Assembly: GCA_964016885.1 (NCBI GenBank)
Contig: OZ024741.1
Coordinates: 256,618,001 to 256,682,000 of the forward strand
Origin: Eledone cirrhosa
Lineage: Eukaryota
Reading direction: 5' to 3'
Length of the DNA: 64,000 nt
Each line of letters opens with the position of its first letter. The stretch's first letter is position 1. The notes beneath the pieces were generated by a model. It made no database searches, was not told where the DNA came from, and worked only from the letters and a program-made list of their open reading frames with translations. Both the position numbers and the translations under genes were made by a program. This document shows positions 7,916-21,066 of this stretch, piece after piece.

Positions 7916-10900
7916 CTGGTGTTTTGACTTACGAGTGTTTCGATACGAGTGTTTCGACTTACGAGTGTTCTGACTTACGAGTGTTCTGACTTACGAGCGT
8001 TCTGACTTACGAGTGTTCCGACTTACGAGTGTTTCGGCTTACGAGTGTTTCGACTTACGAGTGTTCTGACTTACGAGTGTTTCGACTTACGAGCGTTCCG
8101 AATTACGAGTGTTTCGGCTTACGAGTGTTCCGACTTACGAGTGTTTCGACTAACGAGTGTTTCGGCTTACGAGTGTTTCGACTTACGAGTGTTCAGACTT
8201 ACGAGTGTTCCGAGTTACGAGCGTTCCGACTTACGAGTGTTTCGACTTACGAGTGTTAAGACTTACGGGTGTTTTGACATACGAGTGTTTCGATACGAGT
8301 GTTTCGACTTACGAGTGTTACGAGTGTTCTCACTTACGAGTGTTTCGACTTACGAGTGTTCTGACCTACGAGTGTTCTGACTTACGAGTGTTTCGACTTA
8401 CGAGTGTTTTGACTTACGGGTGTCTCGACTTACGAGTGTTTCGACTTACGAGTGTTTCGAGTTACGAGTGTTTCGACTTACGAGTGTTTTGACTTACGAA
8501 TGTTCTGACTTACGGGTGTTTCGGCTTACGAGTGTTTCGACTTACGAGTGTTTTAACTTACAGGTGTTTCGACTTACACGTGTTTCGACTTGCGAGTGTT
8601 TCGACTTACGAGTGTTTCGACTACGAATGTTCCGACTTACGAGTGTTTCGACTTACGAGTGTTTCGACTTACGAGTATTCTGACTTACGGGTGTTCCGAC
8701 TTACGAGTGTTTCGGCTTACGATTGTTTTGACTTACGATTGTTTCGGCTTATGAGTGTTTCGACTTACGAGTGTTTCGGCTTATGAGTGTTTCGACTTAC
8801 GAGTGTTAAGACTTACGGGTGTTTTGACATACGAGTGTTTCGATTTACGAGTGTTTCGACTTACGAGTGCTTTGACTTACGGTGTTTCGGCTTACGAGTG
8901 TTTCGACTTACGAGTGTTTTGACTTACTGGTGTTTTGACATACGAGTGTTTCGATACGAGTGTTTCGACTTACGAGTGTTCTGACTTACGAGTGTTCTGA
9001 CTTACGAGTGTTCTGACTTACGAGTGTTCTAACTTACGAGTGTTCTGACTTACGAGTGTTCTGACTTACGAGTGTTCCGACTTAGGAGTGTTTCGGCTCA
9101 CCAGTGTTTCGGCTTACAAGTGTTTCGACTTACGAAAATAACAAATAGACGCGGTTTCAAATCTCTATGCTTTTCAAATTCATTACATTAATCTTTATTT
9201 ATACGTTTCGCTTTACGAGTGTTTCGACTTACGAGTGTTTCGACTTACGAGTGTTTCGGCTTACGAGTGTTTCGACTTACGAGTGTTCTGACTTACGAGT
9301 GTTCTGACTTACGAGTGTTTCGGCTTACGAGTGTTTCGACTTACGAGTGTCGTGACTTACGAGTGTTTCGACTTACGAGCGTTCCGACTTACGAGTGTTT
9401 CGGCTTACGAATGTTCCGACTTACGAGTGTTTCGACTTACGAGTGTTTCGACTTACGAGCGTTTTGACTTACGAGTGTTTTGACTTACGAGTGTTTCTGC
9501 TTACGAGTGTTTCGACTTACGAGTGTTAAGACTTACGGGTGTTTTGACATACGAGTGTTTCGACTTACGAGTGTTACGAGTGTTCTGACTTACGAGTGTT
9601 TCGAATTACGAGTGTTCTGACCTACGAGTGTTCTGACTTACGAGTGTTTCGACTTACGAGTGTTTTGACTTACGGGTGTTTCGACTTACGAGTGTTTCGA
9701 CTTACGAGTGTTTCGAGTTACGGGTGTTTCGACTTACGAGTGTTTTGACTTACGAGTGTTAAGACTTACGGGTGTTTTGACATACGAGTGTTTCGATACG
9801 AGTGTTTCGACTTACGAGTGTTTTGACTTACGGGTGTTTTGACATACGAGTGTTTCGATACGAGTGTTTCGACTACGAGTGTTTCGACTTACGAGTGTTT
9901 CGGCTTACGAGTGTTTCGACATACGAGTGTTTCGACTTACGAGTGTTTTGACTTACGAGTGTTCTGACTTACGAGTGTTCTGACTTACGAGTGTTCTGAC
10001 TTACGATTGTTCCGACTTACGAGTGTTTCGGCTTACGAGTGTTTCGGCTTACGAGTGTTTCGACTTACGAGTGTTTCGATTTACGAGTGTTTCGACTTAC
10101 GAGTGCTTTGACTTACGGTGTTTCGGCTTACGAGTGTTTCGACTTACGAGTGTTTTGACTTACTGGTGTTTTGACATACGAGTGTTTCGATACGAGTGTT
10201 TCGACTTACGAGTGTTCTGACTTACGAGTGTTCTGACTTACGAGTGTTCTGACTTACGAGTGTTCTAACTTACGAGTGTTCTGACTTACGAGTGTTCTGA
10301 CTTACGAGTGTTCCGACTTACGAGTGTTTCGGCTCACCAGTGTTTCGGCTTACGAGTGTTTCGACTTACGAAAATAACAAATAGACGCGGTTTCAAATCT
10401 CTATGCTTTTCAAATTCATTACATTAATCTTTATTTATACGTTTCGCTTTACGAGTGTTTCGACTTACGAGTGTTTCGACTTACGAGTGTTTCGGCTTAC
10501 GATTGTTTTGACTTACGTGTGTTTTGACTTACGGGTGTTCTGACTTACGGGTGTTTCGGCTTACGAGTGTTTCGACTTACGAGTGTTTTAACTTACAGGT
10601 GTTTCGACTTACACGTGTTTCGACTTGCGAGTGTTTCGACTTACGAGTGTTTCGACTACGAATGTTCCGACTTACGAGTGTTTCGACTTACGAGTGTTTC
10701 GACTTACGAGTATTCTGACTTACGGGTGTTCCGACTTACGAGTGTTTCGGCTTACGATTGTTTTGACTTACGATTGTTTCGGCTTATGAGTGTTTCGACT
10801 TACGAGTGTTTCGGCTTATGAGTGTTTCGACTTACGAGTGTTAAGACTTACGGGTGTTTTGACATACGAGTGTTTCGATTTACGAGTGTTTCGACTTACG

Positions 10901-13900
10901 AGTGCTTTGACTTACGGTGTTTCGGCTTACGAGTGTTTCGACTTACGAGTGTTTTGACTTACTGGTGTTTTGACATACGAGTGTTTCGATACGAGTGTTT
11001 CGACTTACGAGTGTTCTGACTTACGAGTGTTCTGACTTACGAGTGTTCTGACTTACGAGTGTTCTAACTTACGAGTGTTCTGACTTACGAGTGTTCTGAC
11101 TTACGAGTGTTCCGACTTAGGAGTGTTTCGGCTCACCAGTGTTTCGGCTTACAAGTGTTTCGACTTACGAAAATAACAAATAGACGCGGTTTCAAATCTC
11201 TATGCTTTTCAAATTCATTACATTAATCTTTATTTATACGTTTCGCTTTACGAGTGTTTCGACTTACGAGTGTTTCGACTTACGAGTGTTTCGGCTTACG
11301 AGTGTTTCGACTTACGAGTGTTCTGACTTACGAGTGTTCTGACTTACGAGTGTTTCGGCTTACGAGTGTTTCGACTTACGAGTGTCGTGACTTACGAGTG
11401 TTTCGACTTACGAGCGTTCCGACTTACGAGTGTTTCGGCTTACGAATGTTCCGACTTACGAGTGTTTCGACTTACGAGTGTTTCGACTTACGAGCGTTTT
11501 GACTTACGAGTGTTTTGACTTACGAGTGTTTCTGCTTACGAGTGTTTCGACTTACGAGTGTTAAGACTTACGGGTGTTTTGACATACGAGTGTTTCGACT
11601 TACGAGTGTTACGAGTGTTCTGACTTACGAGTGTTTCGAATTACGAGTGTTCTGACCTACGAGTGTTCTGACTTACGAGTGTTTCGACTTACGAGTGTTT
11701 TGACTTACGGGTGTTTCGACTTACGAGTGTTTCGACTTACGAGTGTTTCGAGTTACGGGTGTTTCGACTTACGAGTGTTTTGACTTACGAGTGTTAAGAC
11801 TTACGTGTGTTTTGACATACGAGTGTTTCGATACGAGTGTTTCGACTTACGAGTGTTTTGACTTACGGGTGTTTTGACATACGAGTGTTTCGATACGAGT
11901 GTTTCGACTACGAGTGTTTCGACTTACGAGTGTTTCGGCTTACGAGTGTTTCGACATACGAGTGTTTCGACTTACGAGTGTTTTGACTTACGAGTGTTCT
12001 GACTTACGAGTGTTCTGACTTACGAGTGTTCTGACTTACGATTGTTCCGACTTACGAGTGTTTCGGCTTACGAGTGTTTCGGCTTACGAGTGTTTCGACT
12101 TACGAGTGTTTCGATTTACGAGTGTTTCGACTTACGAGTGCTTTGACTTACGGTGTTTCGGCTTACGAGTGTTTCGACTTACGAGTGTTTTGACTTACTG
12201 GTGTTTTGACATACGAGTGTTTCGATACGAGTGTTTCGACTCACGAGTGTTCTGACTTACGAGTGTTCTGACTTACGAGTGTTCTGACTTACGAGTGTTC
12301 TAACTTACGAGTGTTCTGACTTACGAGTGTTCTGACTTACGAGTGTTCCGACTTACGAGTGTTTCGGCTCACCAGTGTTTCGGCTTACGAGTGTTTCGAC
12401 TTACGAAAATAACAAATAGACGCGGTTTCAAATCTCTATGCTTTTCAAATTCATTACATTAATCTTTATTTATACGTTTCGCTTTACGAGTGTTTCGACT
12501 TACGAGTGTTTCGACTTACGAGTGTTTCGGCTTACGATTGTTTTGACTTACGTGTGTTTTGACTTACGGGTGTTTCGGCTTACGAGTGTTTCGACTTACG
12601 AGTGTTCTGACTTACGAGTGTTCTGACTTACGAGTGTTTCGGCTTACGAGTGTTTCGACTTACGAGTGTCGTGACTTACGAGTGTTTCGATTTACGAGCG
12701 TTCCGACTTACGAGTGTTTCGTCTTACGAATGTTCCGACTTACGAGTGTTTCGACTTACGAGTGTTTCGACTTACGAGCGTTTTGACTTACGGTGTTTCT
12801 GCTTACGAGTGTTTCGACTTACGAGTGTTAAGACTTACGGGTGTTTTGACATACGAGTGTTTCGACTTACGAGTGTTACGAGTGTTCTGACTTACGAGTG
12901 TTTCGACTTACGAGTGTTCTGACCTACGAGTGTTCTGACTTACGTGTGTTTCGACTTACGAGTGTTTTGACTTACGGGTGTTTCGACTTACGAGTGTTTC
13001 GACTTACGAGTGTTTCGAGTTACGGGTGTTTCGACTTACGAGTGTTTTGACTTACGAGTGTTAAGACTTACGGGTGTTTTGACATACGAGTGTTTCGATA
13101 CGAGTGTTTCGACTTACGAGTGATTTGACTTACTGGTGTTTTGACATACGAGTGTTTCGATACGAGTGTTCTGACTTACGAGTGTTCTGACTTACGAGTG
13201 TTCTGACTTACGAGTGTTCTGTCTTACGAGTGTTCCGACTTACGAGTGATCTGACTTACGAGTGTTCCTACTTACGAGTGTTTCGACTTACGAGTGTTTC
13301 GACTTGCGAGTGTTTCGACTTACGAATGTTCCGACTTACGAAAATAACAAATAGACGCGGTTTCAAATATCTATGCTTTTCAAATTCATTACATTAATCT
13401 TTATTTATACGTTTCGCTTTACGAGTGTTTCGGCGTACGAGTGTTTCGACTTACGAGTGTTTTAACTTACGGTTGTTTCGACTTACGCGTGTTTCGACTA
13501 CGAATGTTCCGACTTACGAGTGTTTCGACTTACGAGTGTTTCGACTTACGAGTGCTTTGACTTACGAATGTTTTGACTTACTTCGACTTACGAGTGATCT
13601 GACTTACGAGTGTTCCTACTTACGAGTGTTTCGACTTACGAGTGTTTCGACTTGCGAGTGTTTCGACTTACGAGTGTTTCGACTTACGAAAATAACAAAT
13701 AGACGCGGTTTCAAATCTCTATGCTTTTCAAATTCATTACATTAATCTTTATTTATACGTTTCGCTTTACAAGTGTTTCGAGTTACGAGTGTTTCGACAT
13801 ACCAGTGATTCGGCTAACGAGTGTTTTGATTTACGAGTGTTTTGACTTACGGGTGCTTCGACTTACGCGTGTTTCGACTTACGAGTGTTTCGACTTACGA

Positions 13901-16900
13901 GTGTTTCGACTTACGATTGTTTCGGCTTACGAGGGTTTCGACTTACGAGTGTTCTGACTACGAGTGTTCTGACTTACGTGTGTTCTGACTTACGAGTGTT
14001 CCGACTTACGAGTGTTTCGGCTTATGAGTGTTTCGACTTACAAGTGCTTCGACTTACGAGTGCTTCGGCTTACGGGTGTTTCGACTTACGAATGTTTTTG
14101 CTTACGAGTGTTTCGGCTTACGAGTGTTTCGGCTTATGAGTGTTTCGACTTACAAGTGTTTTGACTTACGGGTGTTTTGACATACGAGTGTTTCGATACG
14201 AGTGTTCTGACTTACGAGTGTTTCCGCTTACGAGTGTTTCGGCTTACGAGTGTTTCGACTTACTAATGTTTTTACTTACGAGTGTTTCGGTGTACGAGTG
14301 TTTCGACTTAAGGATGTTTCGACTTACGAGTGTTTCGACTTACGAGTGTTTCGACTTACGAGTGTTTCGACTTACGAGTGTTTTGGCTTACGAATGTTTT
14401 GACTTACGGGTGTTTCGACTTACGGGTGTTTCGGCTTACGAGTGTTTCGACTTACGAGTGTTTTGACTTACGAGTGTTCTGACTTACGAGTGTTCTGACT
14501 TATGAGTGTTCCGACTTACGAGTGTTCCGACTTACGAGTGTTTTGACTTACGAGTGTTCTGACTTACGAGTGTTCTGACTTACGAGTGTTCCGACTTACG
14601 AGTGTTTCGGCTTACGGGTGTTTCGACGTACGAGTATTTTTGGCTTACGAGTGTTTCGACTTACGAGTGTCTTGAATTACGATTGTTTCGGCTTACAAGT
14701 GTTTCGACTTACGAGTATTTCGACTTACGAGTGTATTGACTTATGGGTGTTTTGACATACGAGTGTTTCGATACGAATGCTCTGACTTACGAGTGTTCTG
14801 ACTTACGAGTGTTCTGACTTACGGGTGTTCTGACTTACGTGTGTTCCGACTTACGAGTGTTTCGGCTATGGTTGTTTCGACTTACGAGTCTTTCGACTTA
14901 CGAATGTTTTGGCTTACGAGTGTTTCGGCTTACGAGTGTTTCGACTTACGAATGTTTTGGCTTACGAGTGTTTCGGCTTGCGGGTGTTTCGACTTATGAT
15001 TGTTTCGACTTACGAGTGTTTTGACTTACGGTGTTTCGGCTTACGAGTTATTCGACATACGAGTGTTTCGACTTACGGGTGTTTCGACTTACGGGTGTTT
15101 CGACTTATGAGTGTTTCGACTTACGAGTGTTCTGACTTACGAGTGTTCTGACTTACGAGTGTTCCGACTTACGAGTGTTTAGGTTTACGAGTGTTTCGAC
15201 ACACGAGTGTTTTAACTTACGGGTGTTTCGACTTACGGTGTTTCGACTTACGAGTGTTTCGGCTTACGAGTGTTTCGACTTACTAATGTTTTTACTTACG
15301 AGTGTTTCGGTGCACGAGTGTTTCGACTTACGAGTGTTTCGACTTACGAGTGTTTCGACTTACGAGTGTTCTGACTTACGAGTGTTCTGACTTACGAGTG
15401 TTCTGACTTACGAGTGTTCCGACTTACGAGTGTTTCGACTTACGAGTGTTTTGACTTACGCGTGTTTCGACTTACGAGTGTTTCGACTTACGAGTGTTTC
15501 GACTTACAAATGTTCCGACTTACGAGTGTTTCGACTTATGAATGTTTCGACTTATGAGTGTTTCGACTTACGAGTGTTCTGACTTACGCGTGTTTCGACT
15601 TACGAGTGTTTCGACTTACGAGTGTTTCGACTTACAAATGTTCCGACTTACGAGTGTTTCTACTTACGAGTGTTTCGGCTTACGAGTGTTTCGACTTACG
15701 AAAATAACATATAGACGCGGTTTCAAATATCTATGCTTTTGAAATTCATTACATTAATCTTTATTTATACGTTTCGCTTTACGAGTGTTTCGGCGTACGA
15801 GTGTTTCGACTTACGAGTGTTTTAACTTACGGTTGTTTCGACTTACGCGTGTTTCGACTACGAATGTTCCGACTTACGAGTGTTTTGACTTACGAGTGTT
15901 CTGACTTACGAGTGTTCTGACTTACGAGTGTTCCGACTTACGAGTGTTTCGACTTACGAGTGTTTTGACTTACGCGTGTTTCGACTTACGAGTGTTTCGA
16001 CTTACGAGTGTTTCGACTTACAAATGTTCCGACTTACGAGTGTTCTGACTTACGAGTGTTCCGACTTATGAGTGTTTCGACTTACGAGTGTTTTGACTTA
16101 CGAGTGTTCCGACTTACGAGTGTTTCGGCTTACGGGTGTTTCGACGTACGAGTATTTTTGGCTTACGAGTGTTTCGACTTACGAGTGTTTTGAATTACGA
16201 TTGTTTCGGCTTACAAGTGTTTCGACTTACGAGTATTTCGACTTACGAGTGTTTCGACTTACGAGTGTTCTGACTTACTAGTGTTCTGACTTATGAGTGT
16301 TCTGACTTACGAGTGTTCTGACTTACGAGTGTTCCGACTTACGAGTGTTTCGGCTTACGAGTGTTTCGACTTACGAGTGTTTCGACTTACGAGTGTTTCG
16401 ACTTACGAGTGTTTCGACTTACGAGTGTTTCGACTTACGAGTGTTTTGACTTACGGTGTTTCGGCTTACGAGTGTTTCGACTAACGAGTGTTTTGACTTA
16501 CTGGTGTTTTGACATACGAGTGTTTCGATACGAGTGTTTCGACTTACGAGTGTTCTGACTTACGAGTGTTCTGACTTACGAGTGTTCTAACTTACGAGTG
16601 TTCTGACTTACGAGTGTTCTGACTTACGAGTGTTCCGACTTACGAGTGTTTCGGCTCACCAGTGTTTCGGCTTACAAGTGTTTCGACTTACGAAAATAAC
16701 AAATAGACGCGGTTTCAAATCTCTATGCTTTTCATATTCATTACATTAATCTTTATTTATACGTTTCGCCTTACGAGTGTTTCGACTTACGAGTGTTTCG
16801 ACTTACGAGTGTTTCGGCTTACGATTGTTTTGACTTACGAGTGTTTCGACTTACGAGTGTTTCGACTTACGAGTGTTCTGACTTACGAGTGTTCTGACTT

Positions 16901-18957
16901 ACGAGTGTTCCGACTTACGAGTGTTTCGACTTACGAGTGTTTCGACTTACGAGTGTTTCGACTTACGAGTGTTTCTACTTACGAGTGTTTCGGCTTACGA
17001 GTGTTTCGACTTACGAGTGTTCTGACTTACGAGTGTTCTGACTTACGAGTGTTCTGACTTACGAGTGTTCCGACTTACGAGTGTTTCGACTTACGAGTGT
17101 TTTGACTTACGCGTGTTTCGACTTACGAGTGTTTCGACTTACGAGTGTTTCGACTTACAAATGTTCCGACTTACGAGTGTTTCGACTTACGAGTGTTTCG
17201 ACTTATGAGTGTTTCGACTTACGAGTGTTCTGACTTACGCGTGTTTCGACTTACGAGTGTTTCGACTTACGAGTGTTTCGACTACGAGTGTTTCGACTTA
17301 CGAGTGTTTCGGCTTACGAGTGTTTCGACATACGGGTGTTTCGACTTACGGTGTTTCGGCTTCCGAGTGTTTCGACTTACGAGTGTTCTGACTTACGAGT
17401 GTTCTGACTTATGAGTGTTCTGACTTACGAGTGTTCTGACTTACGAGTGTTCCGACTTACGAGTGTTTCGGCTTACGAGTGTTTCGGCTTACGAGTGTTT
17501 CGACTTACGAGTGTTTCGACTTACGAGTGTTTCGACTTACGAGTGTTTCGACTTACGAGTATTTTGACTTACGGTGTTTCGGCTTACGAGTGTTTCGACT
17601 TACGAGTGTTTTGAATTACTGGTGTTTTGACATACGAGTGTTTCGATACGAGTGTTTCGACTTACGAGTGTTCTGACTTACGAGTGTTCTGACTTACGAG
17701 TGTTCTAACTTACGAGTGTTCTGACTTACGAGTGTTCTGACTTACGAGTGTTTCGACTTACGAAAATAACAAATAGACGCGGTTTCAAATCTCTATGCTT
17801 TTCATATTCATTACATTAATCTTTATTTATACGTTTCGCCTTACGAGTGTTTCGACTTACGAGTGTTTCGACTTACGAGTGTTTCGGCTTACGATTGTTT
17901 TGACTTACGAGTGTTTTGACTTACGGGTGTTTTGACATACGAGTGTTTCGATACGAGTGTTCTGACTTACGAGTGTTCTGTCTTACGAGTGTTCTGACTT
18001 ACGAGTGTTCTGACTTACGAGTGTTCTGACATACGTGTGTTCTGACTTACGAGTGTTCCGATTTACGAGTGTTTCGGCTTATGAGTGTTTCGACTTACGA
18101 ATGTTTTTGCTTACGGGTGTTTCGACTTACGAATGTTTTTGATAACGAGTGTTTCGGCTTACGAGTGTTTCGACTTACGAAAATAACAAATAGACGTGGT
18201 TTCAAATCTCTATGCTTTTCAAATTCATTACATTAATCTTTATTTACACGTTTCGCTTTACTAGTGTTTCGACTTACGAGTGTTTCGACTTACGAGTGTT
18301 TCGACTTACGAGTGTTTCGACTTACGAGTGTTTTGACTTACGAGTGTTCTGACTTACGAGTGTTCTGACTTACGAGTGTTTCGACTTACGAGTGTTCTGA
18401 CTTACGAGTGTTCTGACTTACGAGTGTTCCGACTTACGAGTGTTTCGACTTACGAGTGTTTCGACTTACGAGTGTTTCGACTTACGAGTGTTTCGGCTTA
18501 CGAGTGTTTTGACTTACGAATGTTCTGACTACGAGTGTTCTGACTTATGAGTGTTTCGGCTTATGAGTGTTTCGACTTACGAGTGTTTCGACTTACGAAA
18601 ATAACAAATAGACGCGGTTTCAAATATCTATGCTTTTCAAATTCATTACATTAATCTTTATTTATACGTTTCGCTTTACGAGTGTTTCGGCGTACGAGTG
18701 TTTCGACTTACGAGTGTTTTAACTTAGGGTTGTTTCGACTTACGCGTGTTTCTACTACGAATGTTCCGACTTACGAGTGTTTCGACTTACGAGTGTTTCG
18801 ACTTACGAGTGTTTCGGCTTACGAGTGTTTCGACTTACGAGTGTTTCGGCTTACGAGTGTTTCAGTGTTTCGGCTTACGTGTGTTTTGACTTACGAGTGT
18901 TTCGACTTACGAGTGTTTCGGCTTACGAGTGTTTCGGCTTACGAGTGTTTCGGCTTA
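7916..18957 (+). repeat. 16-bp tandem satellite array, block 2
   Basis: Same monomer and orientation, bounded by the two non-satellite islands. Confidence 0.99.
8501..12570 (+). repeat. Tandem duplication of a 2035-bp unit (8501-10535, 10536-12570)
   Basis: Pseudo-ORF pairs 8532/10567, 8787/10822, 9219/11254 and 10023/12058 are all offset 2035. Linker pairs 9135/11170 and 10371/12406 agree. Confidence 0.93.
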
Positions 18958-19217
18958 TATATAAACGTTTCTATTTCCATCGTTTTATCGTAAACGTTTA
19001 TATATTTCCATCGTTATATCATAACGTTTATATTTCCGTCACTAATCTCTTTTTCTCCTTTTCCGTTTTAACATATATTTATTTCAAAGATTTCACCGTA
19101 TAGATAACATATATATTTATACATGCATAAAAGACACACCGAGAGACGGTAAAAATGTGGTGCCAAAAACATTTCTCATCCAAATCTCAACAATATCAGT
19201 ATATACACTAGATTTGC

Positions 19218-19252
19218 TAGCAGAAAACCGCCCACCGGGTGGTTTTCTGCTA
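19218..19252. other. Hairpin/inverted repeat, copy 2
   Basis: Identical to 7441-7475. Confidence 0.85.
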
Positions 19253-19253
19253 T

Positions 19254-19694
19254 TCTATATATATAAAACTGAGGATGTCTGTCTGTGTGTGAGTTTGAAT
19301 CCCTAAAACTCGAGAACCACCCAACCGACTGTTTTCAAACTTTACACATGTAATACTTATGTTTCAGGGAGTGTTCTGAGCAAAAAATATTTCAAATTTT
19401 CAATGCCCTAGGGACCACATTAGGCGATTTAGCGATCTCTCTCTATAATTCTTAGTCTTTCTCTTTTTAGATAGATACATACATATAACGTCGTGCCCTT
19501 ATAATATCTGTCTGTATGTCTGGCTGTCTGCATTACGTCACTTCCCTGAGGATGTCTGTGTGTGTGTGTGTGTGTCTGTGAGTTTGAATCCCTAAAATGC
19601 GAGAAGTACCCAACCGATTTTTTTAAAAATTTACATGTGTATTACTTATGTTTCAGGGAGTGTTTGTTATGCACATAAAATTCAACCTTTTGAT
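19254..19694 (+). mobile_element. Probable truncated non-autonomous Helitron-like element, copy 2
   Basis: Starts TCTATATATATAAAACTGAGGATGTCTGTCTGTGTG; otherwise as copy 1. Confidence 0.6.
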
Positions 19695-21066
19695 CTGGTG
19701 TTTTGACTTACGAGTGTTTCGATACGAGTGTTTCGACTTACGAGTGTTCTGACTTACGAGTGTTCTGACTTACGAGCGTTCTGACTTACGAGTGTTCCGA
19801 CTTACGAGTGTTTCGGCTTACGAGTGTTTCGACCTACGAGTGTTCTGACTTACGAGTGTTTCGACTTACGAGCGTTCCGAATTACGAGTGTTTCGGCTTA
19901 CGAGTGTTCCGACTTACGAGTGTTTCGACTAACGAGTGTTTCGGCTTACGAGTGTTTCGACTTACGAGTGTTCAGACTTACGAGTGTTCCGAGTTACGAG
20001 CGTTCCGACTTACGAGTGTTTCGACTTACGAGTGTTAAGACTTACGGGTGTTTTGACATACGAGTGTTTCGATACGAGTGTTTCGACTTACGAGTGTTAC
20101 GAGTGTTCTCACTTACGAGTGTTTCGACTTACGAGTGTTCTGACCTACGAGTGTTCTGACTTACGAGTGTTTCGACTTACGAGTGTTTTGACTTACGGGT
20201 GTTTCGACTTACGAGTGTTTCGACTTACGAGTGTTTCGAGTTACGAGTGTTTCGACTTACGAGTGTTTTGACTTACGAATGTTCTGACTTACGGGTGTTT
20301 CGGCTTACGAGTGTTTCGACTTACGAGTGTTTTAACTTACGGGTGTTTCGACTTACACGTGTTTCGACTTGCGAGTGTTTCGACTTACGAGTGTTTCGAC
20401 TACGAATGTTCCGACTTACGAGTGTTTCGACTTACGAGTGTTTCGACTTACGAGTATTCTGACTTACGGGTGTTCCGACTTACGAGTGTTTCGGCTTACG
20501 ATTGTTTTGACTTACGATTGTTTCGGCTTATGAGTGTTTCGACTTACGAGTGTTTCGGCTTATGAGTGTTTCGACTTACGAGTGTTAAGACTTACGGGTG
20601 TTTTGACATACGAGTGTTTCGATTTACGAGTGTTTCGACTTACGAGTGCTTTGACTTACGGTGTTTCGGCTTACGAGTGTTTCGACTTACGAGTGTTTTG
20701 ACTTACTGGTGTTTTGACATACGAGTGTTTCGATACGAGTGTTTCGACTTACGAGTGTTCTGACTTACGAGTGTTCTGACTTACGAGTGTTCTGACTTAC
20801 GAGTGTTCTAACTTACGAGTGTTCTGACTTACGAGTGTTCTGACTTACGAGTGTTCCGACTTAGGAGTGTTTCGGCTCACCAGTGTTTCGGCTTACGAGT
20901 GTTTCGACTTACGAAAATAACAAATAGACGCGGTTTCAAATCTCTATGCTTTTCAAATTCATTACATTAATCTTTATTTATACGTTTCGCTTTACGAGTG
21001 TTTCGACTTACGAGTGTTTCGACTTACGAGTGTTTCGGCTTACGAGTGTTTCGACTTACGAGTGTT

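Larger units (their letters stand above)
18958..19694. repeat. Non-satellite AT-rich island, copy 2 (737 bp)
   Basis: Offset 11777 from copy 1 at the left end and 11779 at the right end. I see 3 substitutions and one extra TG unit; both junctions with the satellite are identical. Confidence 0.96.
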
